DNA of 61,747 nucleotides, counting the filler. It is 4 parts of 4 records of this genome, joined end to end, with 100 filler letters (N's around TTAATTAATTAA, not from the genome) between each part and the next. Parts side by side here need not be neighbours in the genome. Positions count along the whole stretch, not along the records: positions 55,578 to 61,747 come from SRR31156797_21703; 3 more parts are not named here. One strand, 5' to 3'. Shown here piece after piece: positions 56,205 to 61,747 of the stretch. The translations under genes and the position numbers were made by a program. The notes beneath the pieces are model-generated. The model worked only from the letters and a program-made list of their open reading frames with translations, did not search any database and was not told where the DNA came from. Position 1 is the first letter of the stretch, and each line of letters begins with the position of its first letter.

Positions 56205-58190
56205 ATGAATGAGCCAGGCACCATCCCCCAATCCCTCTTTCATTTTGTCCTTTCAATTTTGCTGATGTATGTTTTGTTCCGTGAGAACCGGGGAAACCGT
56301 AACCTTTTCAAGTGGTCAGGGACGGATCGCGCGCTTTTTCTGATCGCCTTTTTTTATTTCTTCACAGGTCTTCTTCCCTTATTGCCCATGGACCATGTCT
56401 TCCTTTCAACACCCCGGCATCAAACAACCGGCATGTGGCGGCGTTCTTTTCATTCCGTCATGTCCGTAGCCGGTTACTGGGTCCTGCTCCTTGCCTTCAG
56501 CCTCTGGCTTCAAAGAGAACCGCCCAAACAGAAAAACCCCCTGGAATGGGGGAACGTGGACCGAACGCTGCTGCTCGTCTGGGTCTTTTTCTTTGTAGGC
56601 GGCATTGAACGTATTGAAAATATTCTTTTTTCATCCGGCGTACCGGTATCGTGGATCAACCAGAGTTTCGCAGCCACCCTCAGACCCGTTTATATGGGTG
56701 AAGGCGCATTTGTGCTGATCCTGTTGTTATCCGGCTTATGGTTGCGCCGCCACCGACCCGAAAACCGGATCTTTGCGCACATGGTCATTCAGTATGCCGC
56801 CATGAGCACCGCCTTCAACGCCTATATTTTCGGCGCACTGACCAACCCCAACGCATTTCTGGGGGGCATGGCACTGGGAGCGTCCACCCTGCTTCTGTTT
56901 CGGCCCTCCATTGCGCTGCCGGCCGTTGGAACCTTTATGGTCATAACCGTTGGGGCCGCCATTTTGTCGGGAACAGGCCTGATACCCTATGCACCCATGT
57001 ACGCTTCATTTCCGGTTGAAAACGGCAGAATCGCACCCCTGTATCTGATTTCAAGCCTCAGCTGGACAACCATTGTGTTTCTCATTGTGCTCTCCCTCAT
57101 GACCTTTGTCCTGGTAAGGTGGCGCAATCGTGAAGCAAGGCTCTCTGAAATGACGGATCTTTTAAGGAAAATGTTCGGCCGCTATCTGTCAACGGAGGTC
57201 ATGAACGCCCTCATCGAAGACCCCGCCTCCCTGGAAATGGGTGGAGAACGGCGCCGGGTAACCATCATGATGACTGATCTTAGAGGGTTTACATCCCTTT
57301 CTGAACGGCTGGAGCCTGAACGGGTGGTCCAAATGCTCAACGCCTATTTCGAGGTCATGGTCGACATTGTCCTTGAGTTTAACGGTACCATCAACGAAAT
57401 CATCGGAGATGCACTGCTGGTGGTCTTCGGCGCCCCACATGAGATCAAAGACCGGACTCGAAGGGCGGTGGCCTGCGCCATCACCATGCAGAATGCCATG
57501 GCGGAGGTCAACACACACAATCGAGACCAGGGACTTCCCGAGATCGAAATGGGCATCGGCCTCAACGAATCGGAAGTCATCGTGGGAAACATCGGTTCCA
57601 GCAAGCGCAGCAAATATGCCGTTGTGGGGAGTGGCGTCAATATGGCCAGCCGGATCGAATCGTACACGGTGGGTGGTCAGGTCCTCATTTCCGAATCCGT
57701 AAGAAAGGAGGCCGGCGACATGCTTCGCATCGATGCGCAACGAGACATCAGGCCCAAAGGAGCAGCAGTACCCCTCAGGATCTATGAAGTGGGGGGGATC
57801 GGCGGAACATACGACGTGGCTCTGGAAACCAAGGAACCGCCGCCCATCCCCTTGGCACGAACAATCCCTCTCCTGTTCACCCCCCTTGAAGGGAAAAAGG
57901 TGGAAAAAACCCGCATCCCCTGCACCCTGGTCGGGCTTTCAAACAAAGGGGCCATAATCCAGATGCCCACCCCTCTCGAACCCATGATAAACATCAAATT
58001 GAACCTGCAGGAGGCTCCCAAAAAGCTGACATCAAGAGATTTCTATGGGAAAGTCATTGATTGTCAGAAAAAAGAGGAATTCCTGCACCGAATTCGCTTC
58101 ACGGCGGTTCCGGCGGAAGTGGATGCCTATTTCCAGGCGATTTTGCAGTATGGTACGGAACCCGGCGGAAAATCGTATCAAACCGGTTGA
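56205..58190 (+). CDS. Membrane-bound class III nucleotide cyclase with a C-terminal PilZ-like domain
   Basis: Multi-TM N-terminus; FGRYLS, MTDLRGFT, IGDAL, GVNMASRIES; C-terminal GLSNKGA...FYGKV...IRF; start uncertain. Confidence 0.87.
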   Translation: MNEPGTIPQSLFHFVLSILLMYVLFRENRGNRNLFKWSGTDRALFLIAFFYFFTGLLPLLPMDHVFLSTPRHQTTGMWRRSFHSVMSVAGYWVLLLAFSLWLQREPPKQKNPLEWGNVDRTLLLVWVFFFVGGIERIENILFSSGVPVSWINQSFAATLRPVYMGEGAFVLILLLSGLWLRRHRPENRIFAHMVIQYAAMSTAFNAYIFGALTNPNAFLGGMALGASTLLLFRPSIALPAVGTFMVITVGAAILSGTGLIPYAPMYASFPVENGRIAPLYLISSLSWTTIVFLIVLSLMTFVLVRWRNREARLSEMTDLLRKMFGRYLSTEVMNALIEDPASLEMGGERRRVTIMMTDLRGFTSLSERLEPERVVQMLNAYFEVMVDIVLEFNGTINEIIGDALLVVFGAPHEIKDRTRRAVACAITMQNAMAEVNTHNRDQGLPEIEMGIGLNESEVIVGNIGSSKRSKYAVVGSGVNMASRIESYTVGGQVLISESVRKEAGDMLRIDAQRDIRPKGAAVPLRIYEVGGIGGTYDVALETKEPPPIPLARTIPLLFTPLEGKKVEKTRIPCTLVGLSNKGAIIQMPTPLEPMINIKLNLQEAPKKLTSRDFYGKVIDCQKKEEFLHRIRFTAVPAEVDAYFQAILQYGTEPGGKSYQTG

Positions 58191-58262
58191 CATCCGTACA
58201 CCCGGATGGCAGAATTTTTCCACAACGGCACTTGGTCATAACCCTTTCCATGGAGGCAGGAC

Positions 58263-59558
58263 ATGAAACATTTCAGGTATATGTGGACGCTATTTCTGGC
58301 CTTTTTTCTCTCAACCCTACCCGTTACCGGTCTGACGTCTGAAAACAGTGACGATGCTTGTATCAGATGCCACCAGGAGATTTCTCCCGGTCAGGTTGCG
58401 GACTGGCGGGCCAGCAAACACAGCAAAGAAGATGTGGGATGTGTTGAGTGCCACGGCGACAAACACATGGACGTCAAAAATTATAAACTGGCCGTACTTC
58501 CCGATGAAAAGGTGTGCGCCCAATGCCACGAAGAAAAGTTTAATGAATTTGTCAAGGGAAAGCACAACCTGGGGTGGTCGTCCATGATGGCAATGCCCGT
58601 CACCCATCTGGAGCCCGATGAACTCATCGAGGGCGGCCGGGGATGCGGAGGATGCCACAACATGGGGGTAAAAACCAAAGCCCAGAAGGAAGCACAATTG
58701 AAACTGGGGTATCGCTACCAGAACAATTCCTGTGATGAGTGCCACACCCGCCATGCCTTCTCAAAAAAAGAAGCGCTGAACCCCCGGGCCTGCCAGCAGT
58801 GTCACATGGGATTTGATCATCCCCAGTGGGAGATGTGGAGCAGTTCCAAGCACGGCACGCGCACATTGGTCAAGGAAGCGGGGGACCTGCCCGAAGGGGC
58901 CAATGCGCCCAAATGTCAGACGTGCCACATGCCGGACGGTACCCATAACAACCACACGGCCTGGGGCTTTCTGGGGGTCCGCTTGCCCTTTCCGGAAGAT
59001 CCCCGGTGGAAACGGGACCGCATCACCATTTTAAAGGCCCTGGGCGTTCTCAATCCTGAAACCGGAAAACCTACCGACTTACTGAATGTGGTTAAAAGCC
59101 TGGAAATGGCCCGGCTCACCCAGGAATCATGGCAGGTTCAGCGGGATAAAATGATCAAGATCTGCGCCCAGTGCCATTCAAAGACCTATGCCGAAAAACA
59201 GCTGGAAATGGGCGATGAAATGCTTCGAAAATCCGACCGCCTCATGGCCCGGGCCATCGATATTGTGGCGGGGCTTTACAAAGACGGCATTATCCGGAAG
59301 CCGGAAGCCTATCCGTTCAACTATCCCAACCTGCTCTTTTTCATGCGCACCGGGGGTGGAAATCTGAACAGGCTTTCCCATATTGATCAGATTCTTCTGA
59401 AGATGTACCTCAAACACCGCATGCGCACTTTTCAGGGATTCTTTCACATCAATCCGGATTATGCCTACTGGTACGGCTGGGCAGCCATGGTGGAGGACCT
59501 GGGCAAGATCGAGGAAACCGCTAAACTCATGCGGGCCACACACGAGGAAGCCGAATAA
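58263..59558 (+). CDS. Periplasmic octaheme cytochrome c, HAO-like family
   Basis: Signal peptide; 8 CxxCH motifs; CHTRHAFS, CHMGFDHPQWE, SKHG, HINPDY. Confidence 0.88.
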   Translation: MKHFRYMWTLFLAFFLSTLPVTGLTSENSDDACIRCHQEISPGQVADWRASKHSKEDVGCVECHGDKHMDVKNYKLAVLPDEKVCAQCHEEKFNEFVKGKHNLGWSSMMAMPVTHLEPDELIEGGRGCGGCHNMGVKTKAQKEAQLKLGYRYQNNSCDECHTRHAFSKKEALNPRACQQCHMGFDHPQWEMWSSSKHGTRTLVKEAGDLPEGANAPKCQTCHMPDGTHNNHTAWGFLGVRLPFPEDPRWKRDRITILKALGVLNPETGKPTDLLNVVKSLEMARLTQESWQVQRDKMIKICAQCHSKTYAEKQLEMGDEMLRKSDRLMARAIDIVAGLYKDGIIRKPEAYPFNYPNLLFFMRTGGGNLNRLSHIDQILLKMYLKHRMRTFQGFFHINPDYAYWYGWAAMVEDLGKIEETAKLMRATHEEAE

Positions 59559-59575
59559 ATTTTGGATTTCCCATC

Positions 59576-59615
59576 AAATTCCCGGGGAATCATAGTGAAC
59601 TCCCGGGAATTTTAT
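59576..59615. terminator. Hairpin between convergent genes
   Basis: AAATTCCCGGG...CCCGGGAATTT inverted repeat. Confidence 0.65.
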
Positions 59616-59637
59616 TTAAACCGCAGCCGCTGACGGT

Positions 59638-61747
59638 TTATACTTTTCGCGTTGCCCTCAATTCCGTCTTGACGGCCATTCCAAGCTTTTCCATGAGAAA
59701 CGGTTTCTTAAGATACCCACCGGCCCCTAAACGTTGGGCTTCTCTAACGCGATCCGTTTCCGAAAAACCGCTGGCAATCACCGCCTTCTGACCGGGATGC
59801 ATTTCAATAATTTTTCGGTAGGTGTCCAATCCATCCATACCCGGATCCATGATCATGTCCAGCAGCAAGAGATCGACTTCATGGTTATTGAGGTACATTA
59901 CCGCTTCTTCCCCGCTTGAAACGGAAAACACCCTGTATCCCAGTTGTGTCAGCATTCCGGCAGCAACTTCCCGCTGCTGTTCCACATCGTCGACAACCAG
60001 AATCAATTCGCCTCCTCCCCCATAATCTTCAATGCGAGTTTCCATCCCATCAAGAGCCGATGTGTTTCGGGTAGCCGGAAAGTATAACTTGAATATGGTT
60101 CCTTCTCCTTCGGTACTCTGAACATCAATAAATCCCTTGTGGTCCTTCACCGTTCCCCATACGACGGCCATGCCCAAGCCCGTACCGCTTCTCCCCATTT
60201 TCTTCTTGGTGTAAAACGGTTCGAAGATCTTGTCGATGTCATCCGGAGAAATACCGATTCCGTTATCGGCAACAGTCAAAGTCACATAATCCCCCTCCTT
60301 AATATGGTCATAGCCTGCAACGGGTCGGTCCATGTAACACTGATCGGTGGAAATAACGATTCGCCCTCCCCGGGGCATTGCCTCAACAGCATTGGAAATC
60401 AGATTCATCACCGTCTTCGATAAGTGTGTAGGGGAACCCATGATGGTCAAGCCCTCGGCTTCTTCCAGTCGCACCTCCGTCCACACATCCGGGTAATACT
60501 CCCTGATTTTATAATACTCCGGACTGGCCAGAAACTGGGACACAACCCGGTTTAAGTCCACCGGTTCGGTGGACATAACCGCTCTTCTGGCCAGGGTCAG
60601 AAGATCCTGAACCACAGCAACAGCTTTTTCCCCTGATTTCTGTATGGTCGCTATAGGTTTCCTAAAGGGACTGTCTTCGGGGAGTTGCAGTAATAACAGT
60701 TCCGGATAGCTGACAATACCGGAAAGAAGATTGTTCAGGTCGTGGGCCACACCGCCCGCCAATGTACCCACTGTCTCCATCTTTTCCGCCCTTCGCAACT
60801 GATCCTTAATGCGCTTTTCTTCGGTCACATCCCGCACAATACCCCTGAAACCGATGGGATTTGACGCCGAATCCCTGATCAACGCCACGGATGTCTCCAG
60901 AATTCGGACGGTGCCGTCTTTCCGATTGACCTGCCATTCAAGTCCCTTGGCCGGAACCCCTTCCCTGTAAACCTTGTTGAATGCCTCGTACTGTTTTCTG
61001 GCATCTTCATGACTGGAAAAATTCCGATTATTCATGCCGATCATTTCATTTCTTTCATAACCCAGAATTTTACACATGGATTCATTATAAAACGTAAAAT
61101 TCCCAGCAATATCCAGTTCATAGTACCCTTCCTGGATGTTTTGGATGATAGAACGGTATCGCTCTTCGCTGTTTTGAAGGGCTTTTCCGACGCGCCTGCG
61201 TTCGGTTATATCCTCGATAGCGACCACCACGCCCTCCGTAGAATCTTCCATGCTGACCGGTGAAGCCCTCAGGAAAATGTTCAGGATCTCTCCATCCTTT
61301 CTCACATGGCGCGTTTCTACGGAAGTAGCGCCTAAAACCCAAAGATCATCATAAAGTACTTGCCCCACACGCCTGCGTTCATCTTCATTTTCATAGAGCA
61401 TCGGCGTTGTTGGGCCGATCAATTCGACTTCCGTGTAACCCACAATATGACAATAGGCCTCATTTACGGCAATAAACTCGCGATCCTTCATAATGGCAAG
61501 ACCCACCGGCGCCGCACTAAAGGTACTCTGAAGCCTGGATTGACTTTCCAGGAGCGCCTTTTCGGCCTGTCTTTCCCTGGTGACGTCCCGAACGTTCATG
61601 ACGATGCCGTTTATGGAAGGATCATCCAGAAGGTTCATTCCCACCGCTTCGAGATTAAGCCATGAGCCGTCCTTTTTCCGGTGCCGGTATTCCGTGCGCA
61701 CTGATCCCGTTTTTTTCCTCCTTAGGGCTGACTCAAAAATAAAATCA
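59638..61747 (-). CDS. Multi-PAS hybrid sensor kinase/receiver (5' end outside the window)
   Basis: PAS/PAC repeats, AGGVAHDLNN, FEPFYT, GTGLGM, receiver VVDD...LLDMIM...KPF; frame open to the window end. Confidence 0.92.
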   Translation of the reverse strand, partial: DFIFESALRRKKTGSVRTEYRHRKKDGSWLNLEAVGMNLLDDPSINGIVMNVRDVTRERQAEKALLESQSRLQSTFSAAPVGLAIMKDREFIAVNEAYCHIVGYTEVELIGPTTPMLYENEDERRRVGQVLYDDLWVLGATSVETRHVRKDGEILNIFLRASPVSMEDSTEGVVVAIEDITERRRVGKALQNSEERYRSIIQNIQEGYYELDIAGNFTFYNESMCKILGYERNEMIGMNNRNFSSHEDARKQYEAFNKVYREGVPAKGLEWQVNRKDGTVRILETSVALIRDSASNPIGFRGIVRDVTEEKRIKDQLRRAEKMETVGTLAGGVAHDLNNLLSGIVSYPELLLLQLPEDSPFRKPIATIQKSGEKAVAVVQDLLTLARRAVMSTEPVDLNRVVSQFLASPEYYKIREYYPDVWTEVRLEEAEGLTIMGSPTHLSKTVMNLISNAVEAMPRGGRIVISTDQCYMDRPVAGYDHIKEGDYVTLTVADNGIGISPDDIDKIFEPFYTKKKMGRSGTGLGMAVVWGTVKDHKGFIDVQSTEGEGTIFKLYFPATRNTSALDGMETRIEDYGGGGELILVVDDVEQQREVAAGMLTQLGYRVFSVSSGEEAVMYLNNHEVDLLLLDMIMDPGMDGLDTYRKIIEMHPGQKAVIASGFSETDRVREAQRLGAGGYLKKPFLMEKLGMAVKTELRATRKV

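Noticed and set aside
1-61747. CRISPR arrays, tRNA/rRNA genes, transposases, integrases
   Set aside because: I saw no repeat-spacer periodicity, structural RNA signatures or recombinase motifs by eye.

Overview
The window is four contigs joined by three identical 100-bp artificial linkers (N44-TTAATTAATTAA-N44 at 25426-25525, 49296-49395 and 55478-55577), so adjacency across a linker carries no biological meaning. Contig A (1-25425, Desulfobacterota-like) starts with a TPP-riboswitch-controlled thiamine ABC transporter. It continues with a ~21-kb divergent cell-surface locus. Its right arm has a c-di-GMP-I riboswitch, three DUF6160/FilA-like secreted paralogues, a C39 peptidase, a SPOR-fused FapF/FilC-like barrel, a FadL/FilD-like barrel, several beta-propeller proteins (two ending in C-F-I-S-x-L-F) and a lipoprotein. 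Its left arm has a fourth paralogue, a HEAT membrane protein, a CPBP/CAAX protease, a stand-alone MshEN protein and TolC. All four paralogues share a double-glycine-like propeptide. I read this locus as a c-di-GMP-controlled, peptidase-matured Fil/Fap-like fibre system and the best candidate for an undescribed system. Contig B (25526-49295, Desulfovibrionaceae-like) has the first 29 nt of nifH, divergent sigma-54 promoters, nifV, an atypical sigma-54 activator, an RsbW/RsbV pair, three CesT-type chaperones with two large orphan effector candidates, and a Ysc-type injectisome operon (sctJ to sctV). Contig C (49396-55477) is very AT-rich and Bacteroidota-like, with putP and two sensor kinases. 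Contig D (55578-61747) has a Tyr/Ala-rich ORF fragment, a class III cyclase with guanylyl-type residues, an octaheme HAO-family cytochrome and a PAS hybrid kinase. All family assignments come from motif recognition by eye; no database searches were run.
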